Assembly: GCA_020348985.1 (NCBI GenBank)
Contig: CP070761.1
Location: 3,093,243 to 3,157,242 of the forward strand
DNA length: 64,000 bases
Direction: 5' to 3'
DNA from: Candidatus Thorarchaeota archaeon
Lineage (GTDB): Archaea; Asgardarchaeota; Thorarchaeia; Thorarchaeales; Thorarchaeaceae
Numbering within the stretch: position 1 is the stretch's first letter; the number at the start of each line of letters is the position of its first letter. Below the pieces are notes generated by a model. The model worked only from the letters and a program-made list of their open reading frames with translations, did no database searches and was not told the origin of the DNA. The position numbers were made by a program, and so were the translations under genes. Below, one piece after another: positions 29,362 through 39,423 of this stretch.

Positions 29362-30624
29362 ATGAAGGCCAACCACGACACGCAACGCAAAGAGGCCCCC
29401 AACATGAGCAAAGTGACCAACGCATCATATGCAGTTCTGATTGCTTGTGTCCTTGCTCACTTCATGAACCACGTTTACCACGGGATCCTATCTCCCTTTC
29501 TTCCAGTCATCACCGACGAACTCAGCCTGAGCTACACCGAAGCAGGTATTGTTACAAGCGCTGCAATTGTCACGATGACAATGGCGCACCTAGGAGTGGG
29601 ATATCTGAGCGACAAAGGTTGGGGAGATATTTTCATTCCCGCGAGCATACTCCTCAGTGCAGCAATTGTCCTATTCGCAAGCTTAGCAACAACATTCCTG
29701 TTTCTGGTGATGTGCATGGCTCTTCTTGGTATGGGAGCCTCTGGTTACCATCCGAGTGCTTTCCCGGCGCTTACCGTGAAATTCCCAAGAAGGTCACGCG
29801 CAAAAGCTACTGGGATGCAAGCTGCGGGTGGTCTAGTCGGCATGGCGTTGATCCCTTTATTGGGAGTAGTCCTGCTTGACATTCTGGGCGGTTGGAGAGA
29901 GTCAATGTTCGCCTTGGGCGCGGCCGGAATCTTTGTCTTTGTTCCTACTGCACTCCTAATGAGATACGCACGGAAAGAAGATGGATTTGTGGAGGCTACG
30001 GTTCCTATTCGAGAAGGACCAGAGGGATGGACTAGAGACTTCAAGCTTGCTCTTGGTGTGATGGGTCTCAGAGGAATACCATTCCGATGTACAACTCTTC
30101 TGATGCCCCTTTATCTTGTTGCCAGCTACGGTTACGAGCCACTGTGGGCAGGGTCTTTGACGACGCTGATGCTTGTTGCTGGCCTTGTCGGTCAGGCGGT
30201 TTCCGCACCCCTTTCTGATAGAACTGGACGAAGGGTTCCATACATAGTTATCTCGACTGCGGTGGTAGCCCCCTCCCTGTTGTTGCTGAACTTCGCTCTC
30301 GATCCTGTCTTTCTTATTCTGGTCTTGATAACCATTGGTTTCTTCTTCTTCTTTGGAGTACCTGCAACAACAGCCTATCTTACAGAGGTCACTCCAGCTG
30401 AATCCAAGGGTCTCGCATTCGGCATATTGTTCTCTTTCGGCGCCATACCAGGAGCCCTCTCTCCCGCAATCTTTGGCATTATCGGGGATTCATTCGGTCT
30501 GCCAGCGTCCATTCTATTCCTAGTGCTTATGGCGTTCTTCGCTTCGTTGATTGCAACCCTAATGAAAGACAACGAGGACTATGAACCCAAAATCCCTGTC
30601 GCTGCCACATTGATTAGCGAGTGA
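29362..30624 (+). CDS. MFS transporter
   Basis: About 12 TM helices; GYLSDK.W and LSDRTGRR motifs, GYHP. Confidence 0.92.
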   Translation: MKANHDTQRKEAPNMSKVTNASYAVLIACVLAHFMNHVYHGILSPFLPVITDELSLSYTEAGIVTSAAIVTMTMAHLGVGYLSDKGWGDIFIPASILLSAAIVLFASLATTFLFLVMCMALLGMGASGYHPSAFPALTVKFPRRSRAKATGMQAAGGLVGMALIPLLGVVLLDILGGWRESMFALGAAGIFVFVPTALLMRYARKEDGFVEATVPIREGPEGWTRDFKLALGVMGLRGIPFRCTTLLMPLYLVASYGYEPLWAGSLTTLMLVAGLVGQAVSAPLSDRTGRRVPYIVISTAVVAPSLLLLNFALDPVFLILVLITIGFFFFFGVPATTAYLTEVTPAESKGLAFGILFSFGAIPGALSPAIFGIIGDSFGLPASILFLVLMAFFASLIATLMKDNEDYEPKIPVAATLISE

Positions 30625-31484
30625 CCCGAGTGAGAGTGATGATCGACTATCATGTTCATCCCAACTATTCCCTGGACGCAGAGGGCAGCCTTGAGGAGTA
30701 CTGTGAAGTTGCGACAAGGAAGGGCTTACGGGAGATAGCATTCACTACACACTTGGACAGTGATCCTGCTACTGACGACTGCTTTGTAATCGTCGAGGGA
30801 AGAAGAATCGATGTACAATCAGGTTACTGGCTTGAGCACTACGAGGCCTCCGTAGCTGAGGTAGCTGATGAATATCGGGAACGAGGAATTGAGGTTCGTC
30901 TTGGGGTGGAGGTAGACATATACCCAGGTGTTGCCGAGAACCTTCCAGAAGCTTTCCACAGGACTGAGTTTGACATCATCATTGGCTCTGTTCACCTTAT
31001 CGATCACAGAGCAATCTCTGCCGAAGAGGGAGCGAACGCCGTGTTCTCGAAGTACGCAGTTGAGGAGCTGGGCCACAATTACTTCTCAATAATGACAGAT
31101 GTGATTGAGAGTTCGTTCATCAATGTACTTGGACACATCGACCTTTACAGACGCTATGGAGAGACCCACTATGGAGAAGCTATACACTCTCTCTGGAAGC
31201 CACATATGAAACTCTTGACGGAGAAGATGAAGAGATTCAACGTTGCCTTTGAGATCAACACTTCTCCGTGGAGGAAGGGTCAGTCGGAGACCATGCCATC
31301 ACGCCCAATCTTGGAAGCGCTAATTGAGAGAGGCATTACTCAATTGACTCTGGGTTCTGACGCACATAGACCTGAAGATGTGGGAGCGGGGGTAGATCGC
31401 TGTCTGAAGCTAGTTCAGGAAATGGGGTTCCCCTCACCCGTTGGTTTCAAGAAAGGTGTGCCGTACACAATCTCGGTCTTGTAG
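30621..31484 (+). CDS. PHP-family phosphatase (HisJ/HisK histidinol-phosphatase-like)
   Basis: DYHVH, FTTH, GVEVD, GSVH, GHID, EINT, GSDAH. Confidence 0.9.
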   Translation: MTRVRVMIDYHVHPNYSLDAEGSLEEYCEVATRKGLREIAFTTHLDSDPATDDCFVIVEGRRIDVQSGYWLEHYEASVAEVADEYRERGIEVRLGVEVDIYPGVAENLPEAFHRTEFDIIIGSVHLIDHRAISAEEGANAVFSKYAVEELGHNYFSIMTDVIESSFINVLGHIDLYRRYGETHYGEAIHSLWKPHMKLLTEKMKRFNVAFEINTSPWRKGQSETMPSRPILEALIERGITQLTLGSDAHRPEDVGAGVDRCLKLVQEMGFPSPVGFKKGVPYTISVL

Positions 31485-31531
31485 GTGCGCTCAAGCGACA
31501 CAGAATTAAGAAAGTAGCACAAGGCACAAAC

Positions 31532-31963
31532 GTGGTGAGCTCTGTGGAGAACAAGACACCATTTCTGCTCTGCCTAATAGGAGGTATCCTTCTTTTCCAG
31601 GCGGGATGGACAGGAAGCCTTGGGATCTTAAGCTATCTCGCCCTAATTCAAACAATTCCTGAGCTAGCGGATTTCGTCTGGATCATCAATGCTCTTTTGT
31701 ACATCCTTGCGATTATGGCAGCAATCGGTGGAGTAGGGGTCATCGCGGGTGGGTATGTCTTGACTCGTGGAAGGGTTACAACTGGCAAGCTCGTGATTGG
31801 AGTGGCTCTTGGCATTTCTATCGTGGGCCTAGTGATACAGCTAGCGCAGTGGCTCTGGCTCTATGGGGCTACATCGGTCGTCGACTTCTTCGGGCTCACG
31901 GCTGAAGCGACTGGATGTATTGGAATCGTCTTAACCTTAGTTGGCCGTTCTCGTGCATCCTAA
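31532..31963 (+). CDS. Small multi-pass membrane protein
   Basis: Four hydrophobic Gly-rich helices. Confidence 0.75.
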   Translation: MVSSVENKTPFLLCLIGGILLFQAGWTGSLGILSYLALIQTIPELADFVWIINALLYILAIMAAIGGVGVIAGGYVLTRGRVTTGKLVIGVALGISIVGLVIQLAQWLWLYGATSVVDFFGLTAEATGCIGIVLTLVGRSRAS

Positions 31964-31984
31964 TATTATAGAGAGAAGATCAGG

Positions 31985-32638
31985 ATGACAGAAGACAATC
32001 AAGAAGTGATCAAGAGAGCGGTAACGCTCATTCAGGATGGTATGTGTAAAGAAGCCATCAGTGTGCTAGAAGCCCATCTTGAACACTACCCGGAGTCTCT
32101 GGAAGGGTGGTACAACCTAGGGATTGCACTCGGTGATTGTGAACGAGAAGAAGAGGCGGTCAAAGCGTATGATGAAGCTCTCGCCATAGACAATGAGATC
32201 TTCGAGATTTGGTTTAATAAAGGAACTGTGTTGTACGAGCTTGCTGACTTCAAGAGTGCGAAAGATTGCTATGCGAAGGCACTGGAGATTAGTCCAGATG
32301 ACGCTGAGGTTTGGAACAATCTTGGCAATTGTCACTCACGACTTGGGGATGGAAGGGCTGCAATCGAAGCCTACACGAGGGCTGTTGCCTTGAAGCCAGA
32401 TTATGCCGAAGCATTCTACAACAAGGCAAATGCCCACTTTATTGAAGGTGAAGATGAGAAAGCTGTTGCCTTTGCAGAAGTGGCTCTTCAACTTGACCCA
32501 GCTCTCAAGAAGCTTGTAGACCAATGGATACATGTTGCCTTATCACGACTGGAATCCGCCAGACTTGAGGCAGAGTATAGACGAAGGCCCAAAGAGGAAC
32601 AGCGCATCATTCCACCTGAAGAAGAGTCAAAGGAATGA
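31985..32638 (+). CDS. TPR repeat protein
   Basis: Repeats WYNLG, WFNKG, WNNLG, FYNKA at ~34-aa spacing. Confidence 0.92.
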   Translation: MTEDNQEVIKRAVTLIQDGMCKEAISVLEAHLEHYPESLEGWYNLGIALGDCEREEEAVKAYDEALAIDNEIFEIWFNKGTVLYELADFKSAKDCYAKALEISPDDAEVWNNLGNCHSRLGDGRAAIEAYTRAVALKPDYAEAFYNKANAHFIEGEDEKAVAFAEVALQLDPALKKLVDQWIHVALSRLESARLEAEYRRRPKEEQRIIPPEEESKE

Positions 32639-32685
32639 GCGATTCATCAAACCTAAAAGGATGATTCCCAGAGCCCCCCAAGTGA

Positions 32686-33234
32686 TTGAGTATGAGCCTA
32701 GAGAGTAGTGCCAGACGTAGTCCAGTGAAGAGTGCGCTCACTGTAGCATTCTTGATTCTCCTTGGCGGAATAAGTTACGCGTTTCTTCAAGTCCAAGGAT
32801 TCTTGCCGATTATTCCAGATCCTACTGTTATTCTTGGGTTCTCATTTCTGACGTTTGTAATCATAATCTGTTGCGGCACGAACATTCTCACAGGGACATA
32901 CATCCAAAGAATGACAGGATACAGCGAAGAAGAGGCAGAGTACAAGGAAGGGAAACACCTCTTTGACTTGGAGGAGTGGGAAGCAGCACTTGAGGTATTC
33001 AAGAAGATTCTGCACCCCGAAATGGACCATAGGAGAGCTCTGTTCTATGGAGCTCAGTGCTACTCAAAACTAGGCGAATGGGAAGGAATGAAAGAGTACT
33101 GCAAGCGATATCTTGAGCTGGTACCAAAAGATGCTGAGGTCTGGGAGATGCTATCTGAAGCCCATAAGCGTCTGTTCGAGTACTCTGAAGCAGAAGAGGC
33201 TATGCAGAGAGCTCTAGAGCTAGCTCCAAAGTGA
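32686..33234 (+). CDS. Two-TM membrane protein with cytoplasmic TPR repeats
   Basis: Two N-terminal hydrophobic helices, then ~3 TPRs (..RYLELVPKDAEVW..). Confidence 0.8.
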   Translation: MSMSLESSARRSPVKSALTVAFLILLGGISYAFLQVQGFLPIIPDPTVILGFSFLTFVIIICCGTNILTGTYIQRMTGYSEEEAEYKEGKHLFDLEEWEAALEVFKKILHPEMDHRRALFYGAQCYSKLGEWEGMKEYCKRYLELVPKDAEVWEMLSEAHKRLFEYSEAEEAMQRALELAPK

Positions 33235-33266
33235 TTGATTGGCCTATAGAATGGATGTCACTCGCT

Positions 33267-34169
33267 CTATACAATCTTGTTCCGAAGAGTCCCAATATTC
33301 TCTATGTAGACCTCGACCTCATCGCCAGATGAGAGGTACTCAGGAGGGTCTCTCACAAACCCAACCCCTGAAGGTGTTCCCGTCGCTATCACATCTCCTG
33401 GCTCGAGTGTAAACGACTCCGAAAGATATGATACAAGCTTTGGTACACCGACCAAGAGATTCGATGTGGTGGAGTCCTGTTTGATTTCACCATTGACTTT
33501 TGTGTGCATCTTGAGGCCAGAAGCGTCTCCAAGCTGATCGGTTGTGACAATGCAAGGACCCATTGGACATAACCCGTCCAGTGATTTACCTCGGACCCAC
33601 TGACCATCTCGACGCTGTACATCTCTCGCGCTTAGGTCATTCACGACCGTGTACCCAGCAACATAGTCCAAGGCACTCTCCTCTGTCACGTTCCTGCATA
33701 TACGCCCAATGATTACGCCCAGCTCAACTTCCCAGTCAAGTCGGCTGGTGACTTTGGGATAAGGAATGGGCTCATCCGGACCCACAATGCTGGACGAAAA
33801 CTTGGCAAAGACAACAGGGTATTCCGGAACTTCCTGACCTGTTTCTTCTATATGGTCAGTGTAATTCAGGCCTATGGCAACGATCTTTCCAGGTCTTCGT
33901 ATAGGGGCCTCAATCTTCACATCCTCAAACGAAGATATCATGGGGCGTTCAATGTCTGGTGTCCTAGAGAATCGGTCTAGAATCTGACGCGCCACTTCAA
34001 TACCTGGTTCCCAATATAAGAGTCGCATCATTGTGTTTGGAAAGGGCTGGCCATCGATCTGATACTTCCGTCCGAAACGTGAGGCTGCTTCAGGGATGTT
34101 GAGGATTCCACCATCTGTCTCAATGCCTATCGATGTCATGCCTAGGCTTGAGAACGTTACAAGCCGCAT
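33267..34169 (-). CDS. Fumarylacetoacetate hydrolase family protein
   Basis: IGLNYTDH, DWEVELG, NDLSARD, GKSLD..CPMGP, GDVIATGTPSGVG. Confidence 0.95.
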   Translation of the reverse strand: MRLVTFSSLGMTSIGIETDGGILNIPEAASRFGRKYQIDGQPFPNTMMRLLYWEPGIEVARQILDRFSRTPDIERPMISSFEDVKIEAPIRRPGKIVAIGLNYTDHIEETGQEVPEYPVVFAKFSSSIVGPDEPIPYPKVTSRLDWEVELGVIIGRICRNVTEESALDYVAGYTVVNDLSARDVQRRDGQWVRGKSLDGLCPMGPCIVTTDQLGDASGLKMHTKVNGEIKQDSTTSNLLVGVPKLVSYLSESFTLEPGDVIATGTPSGVGFVRDPPEYLSSGDEVEVYIENIGTLRNKIV

Positions 34170-34233
34170 GTCGATTGAAAGCCAAACGCTTCATTTATCC
34201 GTAGCGGTGAGATGTCGGTGATGGGTGCATTAG

Positions 34234-34563
34234 GTGCCGGAAGAACCGACTCTCGACGACTTGCCAGATCAGGTCTACGTTGCACTGGGAAGGAGAGGCA
34301 TGGAAGGGATACCGCTCAAGGAATGCACCTATGCCTGTGACAGCGATGAGCTCGAACTTATCGAGGTGAAGAAAGACCCCCCATCGATATCAGGTAGATC
34401 CCTAGAAGTCGTGATTGAAGACTGGCTCCTCAAATGCGCAAAGTGTAAGAAGGATTTCACAATTCGTCAGAGAGTGAGGTATGTAGACGGAGAGAGAGTC
34501 GACACAATGGTTAGCATTCTTGATGATCGCGGCAATGACTTGGGCTGGATAGGAAGCTATTAG
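34234..34563 (+). CDS. Small putative zinc-binding hypothetical protein
   Basis: ECTYAC and CAKC pairs; 4 bp before the dehydrogenase gene. Confidence 0.7.
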   Translation: MPEEPTLDDLPDQVYVALGRRGMEGIPLKECTYACDSDELELIEVKKDPPSISGRSLEVVIEDWLLKCAKCKKDFTIRQRVRYVDGERVDTMVSILDDRGNDLGWIGSY

Positions 34564-34567
34564 GTGG

Positions 34568-35734
34568 TTGGATTTGCCTAAGAAGTACAAGTTGGGAATT
34601 CTGCCTGGAGATGGCATCGGCAAAGAGGTAGTTCCTGCTGCCGTGAGAGTCGTTCAAGCAGCGTGCGAAGGCGTTGGCGGCTTTGATATCGAATTGAGAG
34701 GGTTTGACTGCGGCGGTGAATATTACCTAGCAAATGGTGAAGAGTGGTCCGAAGAAGCTGAAGAGTATGTCTGGAACGAAGCGGACGCTGTGTTGCTTGG
34801 AGCGATTGGAGCGTTGGACTCCAAAGGAGAGTCCGTGAAACTACCCGATGGCAATCTCGCCGGGTATAATGTGGTGATAGGCCTAAGACTCAGGCTAGAC
34901 CTTTACGCGAATGTTCGGCCTGTTAAGCTCTACGAGGGCGTTCCCACGCCGCTCGCAGACAAAGGTCCGGATGATATTGACATGGTCATAATCCGAGAAA
35001 ACACTGAGGGGTTGTACACTCCTGCAAGAGGAGCATTGTCGAGGGGCGGTCTCAAGGACTTGGCTGTCGACATGAGAGTAATAACCAAGAAAGGATCAGA
35101 GAGGGTTTCGAGATTCGCCTTTCAGGTAGCAGAGGAAAGGAATGGTGCTCCCTCAGATGGTGTGAAGAGAGTCACCTGCGTGGACAAGAGCAATCTACTT
35201 GCTGGATGCCAGCTCTTTAGAGAGAGCTTCAATCGGATTGGTGAGGAATATCCAAAGATCGAGAAGGATTATGCATTCGTTGATGCATGGACACAGTGGT
35301 GTCTCAAGAAACCTGAGTTCTACGATGTTGTTGTGACACCCAACGAGTTTGGCGACATCATAACAGACCTTGGCGGAGCGGTTCAGGGAGGACTAGGTGT
35401 TGCTCCAGCAGGCAACATAGGGCAGAAGTACGGAGTGTTCGAACCAGTGCATGGCTCTGCTCCGAAGCATGCTGGAAAAGGCGCTGCTAATCCTATTGCT
35501 GCCACTTTAGCCGGTTCGATGCTTTTGGAGTGGCTTGGGAAGAAACACAATGACAACAAAGTCCTGAAGGCAGGCGGACTTGTCAAAGAAGCAGTCGCTT
35601 CGGTGCTAAGGGATGGAGAGCCGCGAACATACGATCTGTGTTTGGGGCAGTGGTTAGGAATTACACCATCGTCAACAGACAAAGTCGGAGACGCGATTGC
35701 AGAGAGAGCACGTTCTCTTGCTAGTGAGGGTTGA
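34568..35734 (+). CDS. Beta-decarboxylating dehydrogenase (isopropylmalate/tartrate/D-malate family)
   Basis: PGDGIGKEV, LDLYANVRP, RENTEGLY, VDKSN, FGDIITD, FEPVHGSAP. Confidence 0.92.
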   Translation: MDLPKKYKLGILPGDGIGKEVVPAAVRVVQAACEGVGGFDIELRGFDCGGEYYLANGEEWSEEAEEYVWNEADAVLLGAIGALDSKGESVKLPDGNLAGYNVVIGLRLRLDLYANVRPVKLYEGVPTPLADKGPDDIDMVIIRENTEGLYTPARGALSRGGLKDLAVDMRVITKKGSERVSRFAFQVAEERNGAPSDGVKRVTCVDKSNLLAGCQLFRESFNRIGEEYPKIEKDYAFVDAWTQWCLKKPEFYDVVVTPNEFGDIITDLGGAVQGGLGVAPAGNIGQKYGVFEPVHGSAPKHAGKGAANPIAATLAGSMLLEWLGKKHNDNKVLKAGGLVKEAVASVLRDGEPRTYDLCLGQWLGITPSSTDKVGDAIAERARSLASEG

Positions 35735-37008
35735 CAGCCATGGGTGCCACATTAGCAGAGAAGATTCTTGCCACACATACGACCGACGGAAAGGCAACAG
35801 CAGGAGAGATAGTTGAGGCAAACGTAGACTTCGTCATGGTACATGAGGTACTTGGATCAAGGATAATGCCAATCCTTGATGAAATGGGTGTTGACAAAGT
35901 ATGGGACCCCAAACGAATTCTCGTCGTTAATGACCATTGGGCCCCTGCTCCCAACATCCAGAGTGCTGAGATTCATCAAAGAAATCGAGATTTCGTTAGG
36001 AAACATGGGATTACACACTTCTGTGATGTCAACTGTGGCATTTGCCATCAGGTCATGGCAGATTGGGGTCTCGCCAGGCCGGGAGAGCTCATCGTTGGTT
36101 GTGATTCACACACGTGCAGTTATGGCGCATTCAATGCATTCTCGACTGGTCTTGCTGCAACTGATACTGCAATCATCCTGGCCACGGGTAGCAATTGGTT
36201 TAGGGTTCCTGAGTCAAGAAGATTTGAGATCTCAGGTGAGCTGCCTGACTTTGTGATGAGCAAGGATCTCATTCTTAGAATAGTCACAGACCTTGGAAGC
36301 GATGGTGCAACCTATGAGTCTCTCGAGTTCCACGGCCCCACAATAGACAGCATGACAGTGCCTTCAAGGATGACCATGTGCAACATGAGCGTGGAGGCGG
36401 GCGCCAAAACTGCTATCATGACCCTGAATGAGTCTGCAACTTCTTGGTTGAATGCCAAGTCAGCCATGTCCACTTGGACCCCTATGGAACCTGACAGAGA
36501 TGCAGGATATGTTGAAACCCACAGGTATGACCTAGATAGTGATCCGCTTGGTCCGATTGTCAGTGCGCCTAACAGCCCTGCAAACGGAAAAGCCGTCGAA
36601 GAAGTCGAGGGCATTGAAATAGACCAGGCATTCATTGGATCCTGCACGAACGGACGGCTGGAAGACATTGAGATTGCTGCAAGAATTCTGAAAGGAAAGA
36701 ACGTCGCTCAAGGCGTAAGGCTGATTCTGACGCCTGCGAGTATGGAAACCTATCTGTCAGCTGTTAGAGCAGGCTTCATTGAGACCCTTATCACGTCAGG
36801 TGCGGTCGTTACAAATCCTACTTGCGGCGCGTGTGTGGGAGGACATCTTGGTATACTAGGTCCAGACGAAGTGGCAATCTCCAGCACCAATCGAAACTTC
36901 CGTGGTCGAATGGGACATCCTGAGTCCCTTGTCTATCTCGCTTCACCAGCGACTGTGGCCGCAAGCGCACTGAAGGGAGTAATAACCGATCCGAGGAGTG
37001 TTGCATGA
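35731..37008 (+). CDS. leuC: 3-isopropylmalate dehydratase/homoaconitase family large subunit
   Basis: TLAEKIL, NDH, GICHQV, DSHTC, CNMSVEAG, GSCTNGR, CGACVG, STNRNFRGRMG. Confidence 0.9.
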   Translation: MTAMGATLAEKILATHTTDGKATAGEIVEANVDFVMVHEVLGSRIMPILDEMGVDKVWDPKRILVVNDHWAPAPNIQSAEIHQRNRDFVRKHGITHFCDVNCGICHQVMADWGLARPGELIVGCDSHTCSYGAFNAFSTGLAATDTAIILATGSNWFRVPESRRFEISGELPDFVMSKDLILRIVTDLGSDGATYESLEFHGPTIDSMTVPSRMTMCNMSVEAGAKTAIMTLNESATSWLNAKSAMSTWTPMEPDRDAGYVETHRYDLDSDPLGPIVSAPNSPANGKAVEEVEGIEIDQAFIGSCTNGRLEDIEIAARILKGKNVAQGVRLILTPASMETYLSAVRAGFIETLITSGAVVTNPTCGACVGGHLGILGPDEVAISSTNRNFRGRMGHPESLVYLASPATVAASALKGVITDPRSVA

Positions 37009-37517
37009 TGAAGAGAAATCTTGAGAACATCGTCGGCAAGGTCTGGAAGTTCGGATCCAACATAGACACCGACCAGATCATTCAGGGCCGTTATCTAATG
37101 ATGCTAGATTACTCGGAAATGGCCAAACACACTCTGAAGATTCAACGCCCCGACTTTGCGTCCAATGTTCAGAAGAACGATATTGTTGTAGCAGGCAAGA
37201 ACTTCGGAGGAGGGAGCTCTCGTGAGGAGGCTCCAAAGGTTTTGGAAGTTCTTGGAGTAGGGTGTGTGATTGCTGAATCCTTTGCGCGTATATTCTTCAG
37301 AAACTCATTCAACGTCGGCCTGCCATCATTGATAGTCCCGGACATTACTGAACAGGTCGAAGACGGCGAAACTCTGATAGTCAACCTCTCCAAAGGGACA
37401 GTCAAGAAGGATAATGGCACGATTCTCCAGGCTGCCCCGCTCCCCCCACTGATGATGGACATAGTCAGTGCCGGTGGTGCTATTCCCTGGTTCAAGCAGA
37501 GACTGGTTGGCCAATGA
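37005..37517 (+). CDS. leuD: 3-isopropylmalate dehydratase family small subunit
   Basis: NIDTDQII..RYL, NFGGGSSREEA, SFARIFFRN..N.GLP. Confidence 0.9.
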   Translation: MMKRNLENIVGKVWKFGSNIDTDQIIQGRYLMMLDYSEMAKHTLKIQRPDFASNVQKNDIVVAGKNFGGGSSREEAPKVLEVLGVGCVIAESFARIFFRNSFNVGLPSLIVPDITEQVEDGETLIVNLSKGTVKKDNGTILQAAPLPPLMMDIVSAGGAIPWFKQRLVGQ

Positions 37518-37597
37518 AGTTGCAGCAGAAGAGAAAAACGCTAAAAGCGTGGGTACTCACTCAAACCTCAGCTACCAAGAGGTGCGGAGGATAGCAA

Positions 37598-39382
37598 ATG
37601 AATGTCATGCTCTTCTTGATTATATCATTGATTGTTCATTCAATCCCAGTTCCATTCTCTGGATTGATGTTCAGACCAAATCGCTTGATTCGGTGGCTCC
37701 CGTTTCGGCTAGTATGGGGCACAGGTGCGTGGATTGTGATATCGATCGCATTCGCTATGACCTTGCCTTGGGCGATTATCTCGCTCATAATGAGCGTGGC
37801 ATTGCTCATCATGATTAGCGGCGGCTTCAGACCGGGTGAGGTGGGAGAGATGATGGAAGGCCTGCGGACACCACTAGTCTGTGTGGGATTCATGATCCTG
37901 CTCATACTGCCAATGGTCTCTGGCGTCATATCCTGGACATCCGATGTCTCGAATGCTGAAACTGTTGACGAATTCATAACTCGGACGGAAGAACCTCTGT
38001 TCACAACGCCCATACCTGACGAGATGGTCAGGCTTGTGACATCCGAATTCGCCGAGTTTGAAGCGCGGAGACGTCTGGCTTCTATTGGCTCCAATCTGGA
38101 GATTGCAGCCTCTCACATCACTACTAGGAATGGCCGGCTGGTCTGGGTCTGTACTGTTGTGTCCACAAATGTTCTGTCTGAGAACTTTATCAAAGCGTTC
38201 ATTGTCGTAGACGCGAATGATCCAACACTAGTGGAAGTCATCCAGCCCGTGTCTATCCCGGTGGGAGAAGGCCTCTTTTGGGATAGGAACATACAGTTTT
38301 CCAACTACCTCGAAGACATGACTTCAGCATACGAGTATGCGTATCCAACGTGGGACCCGATTGGCAACATGGTCTATGTACAGACGAGAACACAACTTGG
38401 GTGGGATTTCGTCGAACGCCCTCTTGGACCTAAGGTCTACTGGGAAAACGGGACCGTTTATGCATATAGTACGATTGAAGAGACCCCTGAATGGATCACT
38501 CAGGCCTATAGTGAGGAGTGGCTGGAGCGTCAAGTTTCTCGTTGGGGAGGATACCAACGAGGCGACACCTTCGATCTTTTCGCCGGAGGATTTCTCTGGT
38601 TCATTCCTCCATCAAACGATCGACTCGAGATGACAGAAGATACAAGGTACATTGTCAATCCCGACACAAACAGAGTTGAAGCCTTCATTGCTGTGCATCC
38701 TCCAGCTTCATCTCAGTTGTCGTTAAGTGGGATGATTCGGGCAACAACGGACGGAATCTTATATCACGATCTGAGCGAGCAGGAGCTCTCGAGCGGATCC
38801 TCGGCAATTAACGAGGTCATCAAAGACTTTCCGGATCCTGTGGAAGGCTCATACCGAGGTGCCATGCCTCTGATCTACCCAGTACAAATCAACTCAACTT
38901 ATTCACGGCTGGCGTGGTATTGCCCAATCTACTGGTGGAATGCGCAGTATGACGAAGACGTTGAAGACTATGTTCTATCGGACATTCGCCTTCATGCTCT
39001 TGGAATGGCGGATGCTGAAGATGTGACGATATCCTATACTGAAACCTCGGAAGGATCATTGATAGGGGCCAGTCTTGTGGAGTCAGTACGTGAGAGCTAC
39101 ATACAGACAGTAAAAGATGCACTTGGCTTAGGCGAAGAAGTGAGGGATGCAGTCCAGCTATCAGCCAACATCATTAATGTGACCTCATTTGTTGAGCAAG
39201 GAAACACACACATTGTTTTACGGACTGACAATGCCACCTACGAATGGCTGGAAGGAGCCGCAGAGTGGATGGACACAATAGATTGGTATGCACTTCTAAC
39301 CATACAAGTTGGTGATAGTTTCACAGCAACAATTCAGAACGTAGACGGCGTGAATCGGATAATCGCCTTCTCAAAGAACTAG
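37598..39382 (+). CDS. Membrane protein with ~4 N-terminal TM helices and a large extracellular domain
   Basis: Hydrophobic N-terminus, acidic beta-rich remainder, C-terminal OB-like segment (IQVGDSF). Confidence 0.75.
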   Translation: MNVMLFLIISLIVHSIPVPFSGLMFRPNRLIRWLPFRLVWGTGAWIVISIAFAMTLPWAIISLIMSVALLIMISGGFRPGEVGEMMEGLRTPLVCVGFMILLILPMVSGVISWTSDVSNAETVDEFITRTEEPLFTTPIPDEMVRLVTSEFAEFEARRRLASIGSNLEIAASHITTRNGRLVWVCTVVSTNVLSENFIKAFIVVDANDPTLVEVIQPVSIPVGEGLFWDRNIQFSNYLEDMTSAYEYAYPTWDPIGNMVYVQTRTQLGWDFVERPLGPKVYWENGTVYAYSTIEETPEWITQAYSEEWLERQVSRWGGYQRGDTFDLFAGGFLWFIPPSNDRLEMTEDTRYIVNPDTNRVEAFIAVHPPASSQLSLSGMIRATTDGILYHDLSEQELSSGSSAINEVIKDFPDPVEGSYRGAMPLIYPVQINSTYSRLAWYCPIYWWNAQYDEDVEDYVLSDIRLHALGMADAEDVTISYTETSEGSLIGASLVESVRESYIQTVKDALGLGEEVRDAVQLSANIINVTSFVEQGNTHIVLRTDNATYEWLEGAAEWMDTIDWYALLTIQVGDSFTATIQNVDGVNRIIAFSKN

Positions 39383-39423
39383 AAGCGGAAGGGTATCGAC
39401 CCCTTCCAATAGCTTTCTTCGAA

